Shown in pieces: positions 63,838-64,000 of a stretch of 64,000 nt of DNA; position 1 is the stretch's first letter, and every line of letters starts with the position of its first letter. The stretch is from assembly GCA_963827275.1 (NCBI GenBank), contig CAWHAA010000002.1, positions 32,001-96,000 on the forward strand, given 5' to 3'. Position numbers and translations under genes: made by a program. Source of the stretch: an uncultured Spirochaetota bacterium. GTDB lineage: Bacteria; Spirochaetota; UBA4802; UBA5550. The notes beneath the pieces were generated by a model, which worked only from the letters and a program-made list of their open reading frames with translations, was not told where the DNA came from and searched no databases.

Positions 63838-64000
63838 ATGATAGTGCGACAAATAATAATATGTCTCGTTGCGTGCCTGCTCCTGTCCCCGCCGGCACTC
63901 TATGCGGGACAGTATGTCAGGATCGAGGGTGCGGATCTCTCTTCATCATACCCGGAGGGCCGCATCGTTCTTGCCATAAAGGGACTCCCGGCGTCCCTTG
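63838..64000 (+). CDS. 5' end of an exported protein (truncated by the window)
   Basis: Manual translation MIVRQIIICLVACLLLSPPALYAGQYVRIEG.. is open to the edge and has a signal peptide. Confidence 0.55.
   Translation, partial: MIVRQIIICLVACLLLSPPALYAGQYVRIEGADLSSSYPEGRIVLAIKGLPASL

Overview
A 64-kb core-chromosome window spanning the replication origin of a bacterium that is most likely a Leptospira-related spirochete. That placement is inferred from a LipL21-like lipoprotein, an unlinked 5S rRNA gene, a Leptospira-type small Zn-finger protein and many lipoproteins. The origin block is dnaA-dnaN-recF-dciA-remB-gyrB-gyrA on the minus strand, with DnaA-box clusters on both sides of dnaA and two parS palindromes in mnmG/rsmG about 10 kb away. 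The rest is mostly housekeeping (purD, purA, purN, pyrF, nadC, uvrB, map, ftsK, rnj, dut, moeA, mog, XPB-like helicase, tRNA-Glu, tRNA-Lys), plus a TonB-dependent receptor with two lipoproteins, amtB-glnK, signalling proteins and an ACP-ketosynthase-acyltransferase module. I saw no mobile element, prophage or CRISPR array. Best leads: (1) an actinobacterial GlnR-like orphan regulator 2.2 kb from amtB-glnK, with two GlnR-box-like motifs upstream of amtB; (2) an unannotated 23-aa hydrophobic peptide behind a very strong RBS; (3) an origin-adjacent methyltransferase / NUDIX-fusion / degenerate SGNH / PC4 cluster; (4) an aryl-polyene-like minimal ACP-KS-acyltransferase set; (5) a structured, RBS-occluding ftsK leader. 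All family calls come from motifs read by eye; no searches were run.
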